From: Candidatus Aenigmatarchaeota archaeon
GTDB taxonomy: Archaea; Aenigmatarchaeota; Aenigmatarchaeia; CG10238-14; SpSt-28
DNA length: 64,000 nt
Direction: 5' to 3'
Assembly: GCA_038997165.1 (NCBI GenBank)
Contig: JAWBAK010000001.1
Coordinates: 128,001 to 192,000 of the forward strand
Below, piece by piece: positions 47,765 to 58,164 of this stretch. Every line of letters starts with the position of its first letter. Within the stretch, counting starts at the first letter, position 1. Both the position numbers and the translations under genes were made by a program. The notes below the pieces were generated by a model. That model saw nothing but the letters and a program-made list of their open reading frames with translations. It was not told where the DNA came from and made no database searches.

Positions 47765-50209
47765 TTAAAATTTAAAAAATTGATGTAAAGATTTTTGTTT
47801 TGTACCTTTAAGTATATCTCTTTCACTAATATTTAGTATAGAAAGTACTCTTAGAGCTGCTGGTAAGATTTGATTGTTTATATAATAATCAATATCTATA
47901 TCTTCTTTTTTTGCAAATAAAACGTATTCTGCTTTTTCAGAAATACTACTACCATATTTTGTAATTACAAAAGGAATTATACTACCTTCAGATAAATTAA
48001 TTCCTCTTTGAACAGCTTTTTTAGCTGCAATTACATGTGGACTAATTTGCTTATATTCGCTTATATCTTTGGTTAATTGCTCATATATAGTAACATCTTC
48101 TAGTTTAAAATCATAATTTTTTAATTTATTTATTTCATTCCTTACATATTCAATTGCTTTATTAACATCATTTTCTTTCAATATTATTTCTAAAACATTT
48201 CTTTGAATATTTTTAGCTAACTTACACCAATCTCTTCGTACTGTTTCAAAACCCCTAATTTCTAATTCGTTGCTTTCGCTTAAAAGTGCATATCTTTTTT
48301 TTGCACCTATCTCTTTTTCTCTTCTTTTAACAAAAATTCCTCTAATATAAAAACCTCTATATTCTAATTCCATTTTACCTTTTAAAGAATTATTAACAAG
48401 ATTCAAAAAATTATTTGCAATCTCAATTAACTGCTCTCTTGTTAAATTTTTATTAGAAACCATTAATGAATCTGTATCTCCATATATTATCTCTAAATTA
48501 AACTTTTTTGCCATTTCTGAAATATTTTTTATATAAAATCTTTCAAAAGCAGTAACACTTTCTGCACACTCTCTTTTATACCATCTAGCACCTATATAAC
48601 CTAAATATCCATAAGTTGCATTTGCTAGAATTTTCAAAGAATATTGAAAACTATCTAATAATTTATATTCCTCGCTGTTTTTATCTATATTTTTAAGAAT
48701 TTTTTTAATTTTTGCTCTTTCTTCAATTAAAAATTCTAAATGTTTAGGAATAAAACCTTTTTTAAATGTACAAAAGTGATAATTCAACTCTGGAACTTTA
48801 TTTTCTTCTTTACATTTTTGATGCTCACAATTAAAAGTATCTATAGATATGTTGTGAGTAACTATAATACTAGGATATAAAGATCTAAAATCAAAAACAA
48901 TTATATTTTCATGTATTCCAGTTTTTGGTTCAAAAACAAAAGCGCCTTTATATGGGGCTTTTAATCTTCTAATTTGTAATTCTTCGTGCTTTGGTCTATT
49001 TGGAGCTATTTGATTATCTTTAAATGCATTTTTTAATAAATATGCTTCAACTAATTGAGAATATGTATTTCTACAAACATCGAATAAAGTTAAATAAGTT
49101 ATTTTTGATAAAGATATTAGTTGAGGTAAGAAAATCTCTAATAATTTTAAAACTAATTCACAATCCCAAACATTATATTCAATAATTTTTTCAATGTTTT
49201 TTCCTTCTTTAAATATTTTTTGCATTTCTTCAAAAGTCATTTCTTTCTTTCCATATCCTAAAAATTCTTTTGCAACTGCATCTAAAGTTAAAACTTCTGT
49301 TTTAATAGTCGGTGACAAAATATGATCTACGTAAACATAAATATCTAAATAAACTCTTCCAGGAATTTTAAAGGTTTTTATCCAACCTCTCTTAACAGTT
49401 TTTATCTTCGAATTTTCTTTGCCTATATTTAATTCTATTCCATATTTTTCGGCTTTTTCTTTCAATAAAGGAAAATCAAAACCATCAGTATTATATCCAG
49501 CTAAGATATCTGGATCTCTTTCTTTTATTATATCAACAAATTTTTTTATTAATTCTTTTTCAGTTTTAAATACTTCACAATTTTCTATCTTAAAATTTCC
49601 AAATTCTAAACTTAATGTTTTCTTAAATCCATCATTTCCAACAATTGAGATTAAAGCGATTTTTTGAGAATTCTTTTCTTCGAAAACTTCTATATCAAAT
49701 GCATATATTTTCATTTTTGGAATTTTTTGAAGCTCTATCTTTTCAATTTTTGTTGCTAAAATTTTTTTATCTTTTTCTATTCCAACAACCTTAATCCAAG
49801 AAGATGGAGAAATGTCATTATCTATTAAAAATCTTCTATAAAAAGGTATATCGTATTCAAACGTTTCTATAACTTCTTCAAAATTATCTTTTATATATTT
49901 TCTAACTTTTGGAACTTTTTTTGGATTGTTTATTACTATTTTTAAAACTTTTAACTCTTTTCCTAAAAATTCTTTTCTTTGAATTTCTATATTTTCAATT
50001 TTTGCTTCAGGGATTTTTGTTTCTTTAATTTTTTCAATAAAAGATGGAATTTTTTCTTCTTCTACATATACATAAAAATATGGTAAAAAATTTTTATAAT
50101 AAACTGTATAATTTTCACCATTCTCATCTTTACAAAAAATTCTTATAACTGGTTTTTCATCTTTTGTTATCAAATAATCAATGTCCAAAATAAATACGAC
50201 TTTTTCCAT
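47765..50209 (-). CDS. polB: Family B DNA polymerase
   Basis: Exonuclease motifs AFDIE, GYNTDGFD; polymerase motifs DFRSLYPSII, KILANATYGY, YGDTDS, KKRYA. Confidence 0.96.
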   Translation of the reverse strand: MEKVVFILDIDYLITKDEKPVIRIFCKDENGENYTVYYKNFLPYFYVYVEEEKIPSFIEKIKETKIPEAKIENIEIQRKEFLGKELKVLKIVINNPKKVPKVRKYIKDNFEEVIETFEYDIPFYRRFLIDNDISPSSWIKVVGIEKDKKILATKIEKIELQKIPKMKIYAFDIEVFEEKNSQKIALISIVGNDGFKKTLSLEFGNFKIENCEVFKTEKELIKKFVDIIKERDPDILAGYNTDGFDFPLLKEKAEKYGIELNIGKENSKIKTVKRGWIKTFKIPGRVYLDIYVYVDHILSPTIKTEVLTLDAVAKEFLGYGKKEMTFEEMQKIFKEGKNIEKIIEYNVWDCELVLKLLEIFLPQLISLSKITYLTLFDVCRNTYSQLVEAYLLKNAFKDNQIAPNRPKHEELQIRRLKAPYKGAFVFEPKTGIHENIIVFDFRSLYPSIIVTHNISIDTFNCEHQKCKEENKVPELNYHFCTFKKGFIPKHLEFLIEERAKIKKILKNIDKNSEEYKLLDSFQYSLKILANATYGYLGYIGARWYKRECAESVTAFERFYIKNISEMAKKFNLEIIYGDTDSLMVSNKNLTREQLIEIANNFLNLVNNSLKGKMELEYRGFYIRGIFVKRREKEIGAKKRYALLSESNELEIRGFETVRRDWCKLAKNIQRNVLEIILKENDVNKAIEYVRNEINKLKNYDFKLEDVTIYEQLTKDISEYKQISPHVIAAKKAVQRGINLSEGSIIPFVITKYGSSISEKAEYVLFAKKEDIDIDYYINNQILPAALRVLSILNISERDILKGTKQKSLHQFFKF

Positions 50210-50235
50210 AAATAAAATGATTCATTAAAACAATT

Positions 50236-50925
50236 ATGAGAATAGCAATTTTATTTAGCGGTGGTAAAGATTCTACTTACACAATTTTAAAATCTTTTGA
50301 AGAAGGACATGAAGTTAAATATTTATTTACTGTTAAACCTAAAAATAAAGATTCATATATGTTTCATTCAGTAGCATTAGATATAACTAAGATACAAGCA
50401 GAATTAATGAATATAAAGCACTTTTATATTGAAGTTAGTGGAGAAAAAGAAAAAGAAGTTGAAGAACTAATTGAAAAATTAAGAGAATTTTCTGGAGAAA
50501 TCGATGCTATAGGAATAGGTGGAATTAAAAGTAAGTATCAATATATTAGATTTAAAAAAGTATGTGATGAACTAAATTTAAAACTATATATGCCTCTACA
50601 TAATATCGATTGCGAAAAATATTGGAAAGTTTTATTGGAAAAGAAATTTAAAATAATTATAACAAAAATTAGTGCTGGAGGTTTAGATAAAGAACTTTTA
50701 GGAAAAATTATAGATGAAAAAATTTTAAATGAATTAATATATAAAAGCAAAAAATTTGGTTTTGACTTATGTTTTGAAGGCGGAGAAGCAGAGACTTTAG
50801 TACTTGATTGCCCTTTATTTAAAAGGGAAATTAAATTAAAAAAATTTAAATTGATATCTGAAAATCTTTCTCATTTTCTAGAAATTGAAGATATAGAAAT
50901 TGTAGATAAGTCTAATTCTTTATAA
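50236..50925 (+). CDS. Diphthine-ammonia ligase (Dph6-like)
   Basis: LFSGGKDS, SYMFH, YQ..R, EGGEAETLVLDCPLF. Confidence 0.88.
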   Translation: MRIAILFSGGKDSTYTILKSFEEGHEVKYLFTVKPKNKDSYMFHSVALDITKIQAELMNIKHFYIEVSGEKEKEVEELIEKLREFSGEIDAIGIGGIKSKYQYIRFKKVCDELNLKLYMPLHNIDCEKYWKVLLEKKFKIIITKISAGGLDKELLGKIIDEKILNELIYKSKKFGFDLCFEGGEAETLVLDCPLFKREIKLKKFKLISENLSHFLEIEDIEIVDKSNSL

Positions 50926-52320
50926 AAGATAAATAATTAAAGAAGAAACAAAAAAGAAAAAAACTACTAAAACAAAATTTATTTTTAATATTTCTACTTC
51001 TTTTCCTTTTAATTCATCTATCATTGTAGTTATTGCTATTATATTAAATAAAGATATCATATTACCCAAACCCGCACCAATATTTTGTAAAGCCACTATT
51101 TTGTTAACATCTAAACCAAATTCTAAAGCTATTTCTTTTTGAATATTTACGAAAGTTAAATTAGATAAAGTCGCAGAACCAAATATAAAAGCACCAAAAA
51201 TTCCTATCAAGGGAGCAATAAAAAAATAAACATCTTTATCAATTTTCATTAGATGTTGATTTATTATATCTAATACACTTGGTGAATTAGTAGAATTTTT
51301 TCCAGAAAAAGTTAAATAACTTGAAAGAAAAGACAAGAAAAATATTATTAGAAATAATTTTAGAGATTTGTTTAATAACTCTAAACTCTCATTATATATT
51401 TTTATTTTTTCCTCTCTTTCTTTTAAAATGATTAAAATTATAGAAATTATTAAAACTATTGGAGCTATGTTAAAATTTGATAAAATCTTATTTATTAATT
51501 CCAAATTTAAAATCTTCAAAAAAACAAAAATTATTATAGAAATAAAAAAAGGATAAAAAACTTTTAAAAAATTTTTAAAAATAGTAATATTTTCAATGAA
51601 TAAATAAGTAATAGCTCCTAATGCTGCAAAAATTATTGTAAAAGCAAAAAATTCTGTTCTAGATAAAACAAAAACTATCATAGAAAAAATTAGAAAAGCT
51701 ATTATTATTTTAATTATTTCATTAAAATTAATATTTTCTTTTTTCTCTAACTTTATATATAAAAAATAAGAAGAAAAAAATATGAAAAAAGCTAGTATAG
51801 AGAAAATATATCCTACTAATTTAACAAAATCTAAACTTTCTAAATCTTTATTACCTATAATAATTGGTGTTGCAAAAGCTCCAAAAGTTGAATATGAATC
51901 AGAAATAAGAGAAACAGAAGCAGAAAGTATTGGATTAAAATTAAGATTATAAAGAGTTTTTGTACATATCATTCCTGGTGTTCCAAATCCAACTAAACCT
52001 TCAAGTAATATAGTAAAAAAAACTCCAATAGTTATAAAAACTAAAAAGTTTTTCTGCTTAAAAGAAAAGAAAAAATTCTTATTTTCCTTTTCTACTATTT
52101 TAAACAATAATAACAAAGAAAAGACTAACAAAAAAACTCTAAAAGCAGTAAATAATGAATCTAAATGAGCAGCTAAAATTTCATGAAAATAAACTCCATA
52201 AATAAACGAAATAATAAGTGTTATTATATAAGTTATTAAAGATGATTTGAATAAATCTCTTAAAAATAAGATAAAAAGAAAAATAGCTAAAAAAGGTAAT
52301 AATACTATAATTTGAATCAT
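50920..52320 (-). CDS. Lactate permease family transporter
   Basis: LEGLVGFGTP, FGAFATPI, P.IG.FGAFI.GSATLSNL.F, ALQNIGAGLGNM. Confidence 0.82.
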   Translation of the reverse strand: MIQIIVLLPFLAIFLFILFLRDLFKSSLITYIITLIISFIYGVYFHEILAAHLDSLFTAFRVFLLVFSLLLLFKIVEKENKNFFFSFKQKNFLVFITIGVFFTILLEGLVGFGTPGMICTKTLYNLNFNPILSASVSLISDSYSTFGAFATPIIIGNKDLESLDFVKLVGYIFSILAFFIFFSSYFLYIKLEKKENINFNEIIKIIIAFLIFSMIVFVLSRTEFFAFTIIFAALGAITYLFIENITIFKNFLKVFYPFFISIIIFVFLKILNLELINKILSNFNIAPIVLIISIILIILKEREEKIKIYNESLELLNKSLKLFLIIFFLSFLSSYLTFSGKNSTNSPSVLDIINQHLMKIDKDVYFFIAPLIGIFGAFIFGSATLSNLTFVNIQKEIALEFGLDVNKIVALQNIGAGLGNMISLFNIIAITTMIDELKGKEVEILKINFVLVVFFFFVSSLIIYLL

Positions 52321-52341
52321 AAAAGATTAAAAGAAAAAAAA

Positions 52342-52656
52342 TTAAATTACCTTAATTTTTACATCGACCTCATTACCAAAATCAATTCTCATAATTTGTT
52401 TTAGTACTCTTTCATCTGGTTGTAAATAAATTAATCTTTTATGTATTCTCATTTCCCAAACTTCCCAAGTTGCGTTTCCATGTCCAGTACCATCTTTTAT
52501 ATTTGCCATAGTATAAACTTTTAATTTTTTTGTTGGTAATGGTATTGGACCTTTAAACATTATTCCATGTTTCTTTGCTATACTAATAATTTCATTTGTA
52601 ACTCTTTGCAATTCCTCTAAATTTCTACTTGCTAATTTTATTATTACTTTATCCAT
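52342..52656 (-). CDS. rps10: Ribosomal protein uS10
   Basis: GPIPLPTKKL, WEVWEMRIHKRLI. Confidence 0.95.
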   Translation of the reverse strand: MDKVIIKLASRNLEELQRVTNEIISIAKKHGIMFKGPIPLPTKKLKVYTMANIKDGTGHGNATWEVWEMRIHKRLIYLQPDERVLKQIMRIDFGNEVDVKIKVI

Positions 52657-52808
52657 TATATTAATTTATTAAATTAACAAAAATATATTGATTTAGCTTA
52701 AATATGAAATATTTATTTATATAATTTTTTATAGAAATCTATATATATTAAAAACAGAAAAATATTTATTTTTATCGATTAAAAACAAATCTACTTCAAA
52801 GTAATAAC

Positions 52809-53876
52809 ATGGAAACACAAAAACCAAAATGTAAAGTTTGTGGAAGTGAAAACATAGTTTTTGATTCAAGTAGAGGTGAATATGTTTGTCAAAATTGTGG
52901 AGCTGTTTTAGAAGATTATGTCATTGACTTATCTCAAGAATGGAGAGCTTTTAGTAGCGAACAATTAGAAAGAAGAGCAAGAACAGGTAGTCCATTATCT
53001 GTTGTTAAGCATGATAAAGGATTATCAACGCAGGTTGGAAAAGGAACAGCAGAATTATATAAAGTTCCTACTGAAAAAAGGTTTCAATATTATAGATTAA
53101 CTCAATGGAGTAAAAGATTGTCAACTTCAAAAGACAGAAACATAAGTTATGCATTATCAGAATTACAAAGAATTGTATCTGCATTACAGCTTCCAAAAAC
53201 TGTTTTAGAAAGAGCGGCAATGTATCATGAACAATTAATAAGTAGAGGTGCTATAAGAGGAAGAAGTCTAGAAGGTATAATTGCCTCTTTAGTTTATTAT
53301 GCTGCAAAAGAATTACATACACCAAGAACATTTGATGAAATTGCTGAAGTTGTTGGAATAGATAAAAGAGAATTAGGAAGAATATATAGATATGTTGCAA
53401 GAGAACTTGGATTAAGAATATTGCCTGCCGATGCAAGAGATTTTATACCTAGATTTTGTAGTTTAATAAATGTAAGTGAAAAAGTTCAAAAAAGAGCATT
53501 AGAATTGTTAGAGCAAGCAGAAAAAGCCGGAATTGTAAGCGGAAAAGGTCCAACAGGAATCGCTGCTGCTGTAATATTTATTGCATCTTTATTAGAAGGT
53601 GAAAGAAGAACTCAAAGAGAAATTGCTGAGAAATGTAAACTAACTGAAGTAACGATAAGAAATAGATATAAGGAAATTGTTGAAAGATTAGGATTAGAAA
53701 ATATTGTAAAAGAAAAAGAAGCTGAACTAGAAAAGGAAGAAATTATAGAAAGGAAAGAAGAAAAAAAAGAGGAAAAGGTTGTAATACCATTAATAAAAAA
53801 AGAAGAGAGAAAAAAAATTAAAAGAGAGAGAAAGAAAAAGAAAAAGAGACAGAAAAAAAATAAAAAGAAAAAATAA
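52809..53876 (+). CDS. tfb: Transcription initiation factor B with a long charged C-terminal tail
   Basis: Zn ribbon, EWRAF, RGRS, PRTFDEIA, GKGPTGIAAA, TEVTIRNRYKE. Confidence 0.96.
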   Translation: METQKPKCKVCGSENIVFDSSRGEYVCQNCGAVLEDYVIDLSQEWRAFSSEQLERRARTGSPLSVVKHDKGLSTQVGKGTAELYKVPTEKRFQYYRLTQWSKRLSTSKDRNISYALSELQRIVSALQLPKTVLERAAMYHEQLISRGAIRGRSLEGIIASLVYYAAKELHTPRTFDEIAEVVGIDKRELGRIYRYVARELGLRILPADARDFIPRFCSLINVSEKVQKRALELLEQAEKAGIVSGKGPTGIAAAVIFIASLLEGERRTQREIAEKCKLTEVTIRNRYKEIVERLGLENIVKEKEAELEKEEIIERKEEKKEEKVVIPLIKKEERKKIKRERKKKKKRQKKNKKKK

Positions 53877-53887
53877 AAAATTATTTT

Positions 53888-55534
53888 ATGAAATATTTAA
53901 TAACAGCTGCTTTGCCTTATACAAACAATTTACCACATATAGGAAATATAGCAGGATCTCATTTGCCTGCCGATATTTTTCAAAAATTATTAAGACTTTT
54001 TGGATACGATGTTCTTTTTGTTGGAGGTACAGATGAGCATGGAAGCCCAATTGAAATAGCTGCAATAAAAGAAAAAACAACTCCAAAAGAATTATGTGAT
54101 AAATATCATATTTTACATAAAAAAATTTATGAATGGTTAAGAATTGATTACGATAACTTTTCAAGAACTTCTAATAAGACTAATCACGAAATGACTCAGT
54201 ATATCTTTAATAAATTATACGAAAACAAGTATATTTTTGAAGATAAAATAATTTTACCATATTGTGAAAACGATAAAAAATTTTTGCCAGATAGATATGT
54301 TGAAGGTACATGTCCATATTGTAAATATGAAAGAGCAAGAGGAGATCAATGCGAAAATTGTGGAAAATTATTAGATCCAAAAGATTTAATAAATCCTAAA
54401 TGTACTATTTGTGGAAATAGACCTATATTTAAAGAATCTAAACATTTATTTATTGATTTAAGAAAGTTAGAAAAAAAATTATTAAAATGGATTAACAAAA
54501 ATAAACATTGGAAAGAAAATGTAAAAAATTTTGCCCTAAGTTGGATTAAAGAAGGATTAAAACCAAGAAGTATTACTAGAGATTTAAGTTGGGGTATAAA
54601 AGTTCCATTAGAAGGATATGAAGATAAAGTTTTTTATGTTTGGTTTGATGCCCCAATAGGTTATATTTCATCGACAAAAGAATATTTCGAAAAAATTGGA
54701 AAAGAAGAAGAATGGAAAAATTATTGGCTAAAGGGATCTAAAGCAAAAATATATCATTTTTTAGGAAAAGATAATATTCCATTTCATACTATATTTTGGC
54801 CCGCAATCTTAATGGGAACTAAGGAATTTAATTTGCCTTATAATGTTGTTGGTTTAGAGTATCTCAATTTTGAAAATAGAAAAATATCTAAAAGTCAAAA
54901 TTGGGGTGTATTTTTTGAAATAGAAAATGATAAAATTTTTATAAGAATTAAAGATAAACTATATGAAATCGATAGCGATTATATAAGATTCTATTTAGCA
55001 TATATTTTACCAGAAAATAAGGACACAAATTTCTTTGTTGAAGAATTTAAAGAAAAAATTAATAAAGAACTAATTGGGAATTTTGGAAACTTTACTTATA
55101 GAGTTTTAAGTTTTATTGAAAAATATTATTCACTAAAAATTCCAAATGCTAAATTAAATAAAGAAGATAAGAAAATTTTAAATATATTTAAAGAATCGAG
55201 AAAAGAAATAAAAGTTTTTATTAAAAATGTTGAAATAAAAAAAGTATTATATAAAATTTTAGAATTATCATCAATAGCGAATAAATTTTTCCAAGAAAAC
55301 GAACCATGGAAAAATGAAGAAAATAGAGATAAGATTATAATGATTAGTGCAAATTTAGTTAAAGATTTAGCTATTTTATTCTGGCCCTTTATAACAAAAA
55401 GTTCAGAAAAAATATTTGATCTGCTTAATTATAATTTTAAACCACAAAATTCAATTAAAAGAATTGGAAAAATAGAATTAAAAAATCACATAATTAAAAA
55501 ACCTGAAATTATATTTAAGCCTTTAGAAATTTAA
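53888..55534 (+). CDS. metG: Methionine--tRNA ligase
   Basis: ALPY, HIGN, GTDEHG, YVWFDA, GKDNIPFH, KISKS. Confidence 0.96.
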   Translation: MKYLITAALPYTNNLPHIGNIAGSHLPADIFQKLLRLFGYDVLFVGGTDEHGSPIEIAAIKEKTTPKELCDKYHILHKKIYEWLRIDYDNFSRTSNKTNHEMTQYIFNKLYENKYIFEDKIILPYCENDKKFLPDRYVEGTCPYCKYERARGDQCENCGKLLDPKDLINPKCTICGNRPIFKESKHLFIDLRKLEKKLLKWINKNKHWKENVKNFALSWIKEGLKPRSITRDLSWGIKVPLEGYEDKVFYVWFDAPIGYISSTKEYFEKIGKEEEWKNYWLKGSKAKIYHFLGKDNIPFHTIFWPAILMGTKEFNLPYNVVGLEYLNFENRKISKSQNWGVFFEIENDKIFIRIKDKLYEIDSDYIRFYLAYILPENKDTNFFVEEFKEKINKELIGNFGNFTYRVLSFIEKYYSLKIPNAKLNKEDKKILNIFKESRKEIKVFIKNVEIKKVLYKILELSSIANKFFQENEPWKNEENRDKIIMISANLVKDLAILFWPFITKSSEKIFDLLNYNFKPQNSIKRIGKIELKNHIIKKPEIIFKPLEI

Positions 55535-55543
55535 TAATTTAGC

Positions 55544-56257
55544 TCAATCTTTTTTATACTTTGGAATGTTTCTTAATGCATCAAACATTGCTTGAATTAA
55601 GTTCATATGCTGTTTAGTTCTTCCAAAAGTCTTACTCCATACATCTTTTATTCCAGCAAGTCTTAGCAATTTTTTACTTTCATCATCTACAACTAATCCA
55701 GTACCTTTTGGAGCTGGAATTAATATTACTTTTACACTTCCACTTTTTCCATAAGTTTTCCATGGAATAGAATGTTCTTCTTTACACCAACATTCCCAGC
55801 TTCCACAACCTCTATAAACCTTTATAATATTTAATTTTGCTTTTCTAACTGCTTTTAAATATGCACTTCTTCCATCTTTTGCTTTTCCTCTTCCTATACC
55901 CACATGTCCATTTTCATCTCCAACAATAACCATTACAGAATATCTTATTCTTCTTCCACTCGCCGTTACTTTTTGACTTCTTTTTATGGGAATTCTTTTA
56001 CCAGCACCTCCTTTAGTTCCTCCCTTTCCAATTAATACTGGTTCTATTTTTAAATTTGGTAATAAAATATCTACTATTTCTGGCTCTAATATTTTTAAAT
56101 TCTTCTCAATAATTTCATCTATACTTTTTATTTTTCCCTCTAAAACTAACTTACCTAGTTTAGTTCTAGGTTTCCAATTAGCCAAAGATTCAGGTAATGG
56201 TAATTTTATTTCCTCTGTTTGTTCTATTTGGTCTTGAACTTCTTCTACATTAACCAT
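55544..56257 (-). CDS. rps5: Ribosomal protein uS5
   Basis: WKPRTKLGKLV, GCGSWEC, PAPKGTGL. Confidence 0.96.
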   Translation of the reverse strand: MVNVEEVQDQIEQTEEIKLPLPESLANWKPRTKLGKLVLEGKIKSIDEIIEKNLKILEPEIVDILLPNLKIEPVLIGKGGTKGGAGKRIPIKRSQKVTASGRRIRYSVMVIVGDENGHVGIGRGKAKDGRSAYLKAVRKAKLNIIKVYRGCGSWECWCKEEHSIPWKTYGKSGSVKVILIPAPKGTGLVVDDESKKLLRLAGIKDVWSKTFGRTKQHMNLIQAMFDALRNIPKYKKD

Positions 56258-56777
56258 AATCTTTTAATATTTGTTCCTTAACTTTATAAAAATCATTTGT
56301 TATATTCTTAAACTTTTCTATATAACTAGCTATATGTCTTCCTTCTATTCTATCTTGCGAAGGTAATATTTTTTCGTTATGTGGAACTTTTAATCCAGCA
56401 TCTATAGCACCTTTTAAAACTGCATATATTCTATTTCCTTTTGTACTTCTATTTAATCCTATATCTAATATTGCTTCTTGAATATTATTTTTTAATGCTA
56501 GCTTACCAATTATTAATCCAGTTAAATAAGCTGCAGGCAGATTTTTACAAGAATATTGCCAATTATATTTATCTTTTAATATTTTTGAAGTTATACCAAT
56601 TATCGTATAATCTTGAGCCTCTTTAGATTTAACCAATTGTGCAATAATATATTTATTTGTTTTTCTTACAACTAATCTTATTTTTCCGCTTTTTAGCAAA
56701 CCAATTCTTTGTCTATAATCTGTTTTAAACTTTCTTCTTCTTTTGTATGGCATTTTATAAGTAGTTTTTTGAACCAT
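56250..56777 (-). CDS. rpl18: Ribosomal protein uL18
   Basis: KTDYRQR, RLVVRKTN, NLPAAYLTG, GAIDAGL.VPH. Confidence 0.96.
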   Translation of the reverse strand: MVQKTTYKMPYKRRRKFKTDYRQRIGLLKSGKIRLVVRKTNKYIIAQLVKSKEAQDYTIIGITSKILKDKYNWQYSCKNLPAAYLTGLIIGKLALKNNIQEAILDIGLNRSTKGNRIYAVLKGAIDAGLKVPHNEKILPSQDRIEGRHIASYIEKFKNITNDFYKVKEQILKDYG

Positions 56778-56778
56778 T

Positions 56779-57198
56779 CTATTCTTTTTCTTTTATTAAT
56801 TTATGTGTCTCAATATATAGTTTTAAATGAGAAACGTTTCTAAAAAATCCCCCTTTAGCCAAACTTCTTAACTTTTTATATGTTTGATTATCTATTTTTC
56901 CTTCCTCTTTTAATTTCTTTAAAAATCTTCTTATTGGTCTAATTCTATTTATCCATTGTCTTTTCCTAGAAATTATAGAGTATTTGCCCCCTTTTCTTAC
57001 ATGTTTTTTTTCTTCTTTATCTTTTCTCTCTAAAAAATCTTTTTTAACTTTAACTATTCCTCTAAATATTAATTTTTTTACATCAGCTGCAGTAATAGCT
57101 TTTTCCGCCTCTTTAATTTGAGATGGGTCTATCCATATTTTACTCTTTCCAACTTTTAATATTCTAGCTGCTAGTCTTTTAACGGTTTCTAATGCCAT
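56779..57198 (-). CDS. rpl19e: Ribosomal protein eL19
   Basis: KRLAARILKVG, IWIDP, WINRIR, KGGFF. Confidence 0.95.
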   Translation of the reverse strand: MALETVKRLAARILKVGKSKIWIDPSQIKEAEKAITAADVKKLIFRGIVKVKKDFLERKDKEEKKHVRKGGKYSIISRKRQWINRIRPIRRFLKKLKEEGKIDNQTYKKLRSLAKGGFFRNVSHLKLYIETHKLIKEKE

Positions 57199-57231
57199 TA
57201 TTATATTTAAATTTTTTATAAATTTTAAAAT

Positions 57232-58161
57232 ATGAAAGTTTTAGTAACGGGAGTTGCAGGATTTATTGGTTCACATATTGCAGAAAAATTAATTGAGATG
57301 GGATTTAAAGTTTATGGAATTGACAATCTCAATACAGGAAATTTAGAAAATATAAAAGATTTAGATATTATTTTTATTAAAGGCAATAGTAGAAAAATTT
57401 TAGAATTAAAAGAAAAAATTGATGTTATATTTCATAACGGAATATATTCTTCAAGCCCTATGTATAAACAAAATCCTTTTTTGGTAAGTGAAGTTATTTG
57501 GGATATGTTAGCTATTTTAGAATATGCAAAGAAAAACAAATGTAAAATAATATTAGCTTCTACATCTAGCTTATATAATGAAAATCCAATTCCGTGGAGA
57601 GAAGATATGGAAATAAAAGTTACAGATTATTATACAGAAGCTAGATATGCTTGTGAAAGATTGTGTAAATTATATGGAAAATTATTTAAAGTTAAATGTA
57701 TATCGCTAAGATATTTTAGTGTATATGGAGAAAGAGAGGAATATAAAGGAAATTATGCAAATGTATTAACTCAAATGATCTGGCATGCCTTAAAACAAAA
57801 GGAATTTGAAATTTTTGGTGATGGAAATCAAAGTAGAGATTTAATATATGTTAAAGATGTTGTAGAGGCTAATATTAAGGCTTTAGAATTTGAAGGTTTC
57901 AATGAAGAAAATTTTGAAATTTTTAATGTTGGTAGAGGAAAACGATATTCTTTTAATGAAATTGCCAGTTTGATTAATAAATTTATAGAATTAAAAATAA
58001 AATACGTTAATAATCCTATATCTAATTACGTATATCATACTTTAGCAGATACAAAAAAGGCCGAGAAAAAACTAAAATTTAAAGCAAAATATGATGTCGA
58101 AGAAATATTACCAAAATTGATTAAATATTATCAAAATAATATAGAAAAAATAAAAATTTAA
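57232..58161 (+). CDS. NAD-dependent sugar epimerase/dehydratase
   Basis: VTGVAGFIGSH, ASTSSLY, LRYFSVYG, GDGNQSRDLIYVKDVV. Confidence 0.92.
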   Translation: MKVLVTGVAGFIGSHIAEKLIEMGFKVYGIDNLNTGNLENIKDLDIIFIKGNSRKILELKEKIDVIFHNGIYSSSPMYKQNPFLVSEVIWDMLAILEYAKKNKCKIILASTSSLYNENPIPWREDMEIKVTDYYTEARYACERLCKLYGKLFKVKCISLRYFSVYGEREEYKGNYANVLTQMIWHALKQKEFEIFGDGNQSRDLIYVKDVVEANIKALEFEGFNEENFEIFNVGRGKRYSFNEIASLINKFIELKIKYVNNPISNYVYHTLADTKKAEKKLKFKAKYDVEEILPKLIKYYQNNIEKIKI

Positions 58162-58164
58162 TTT

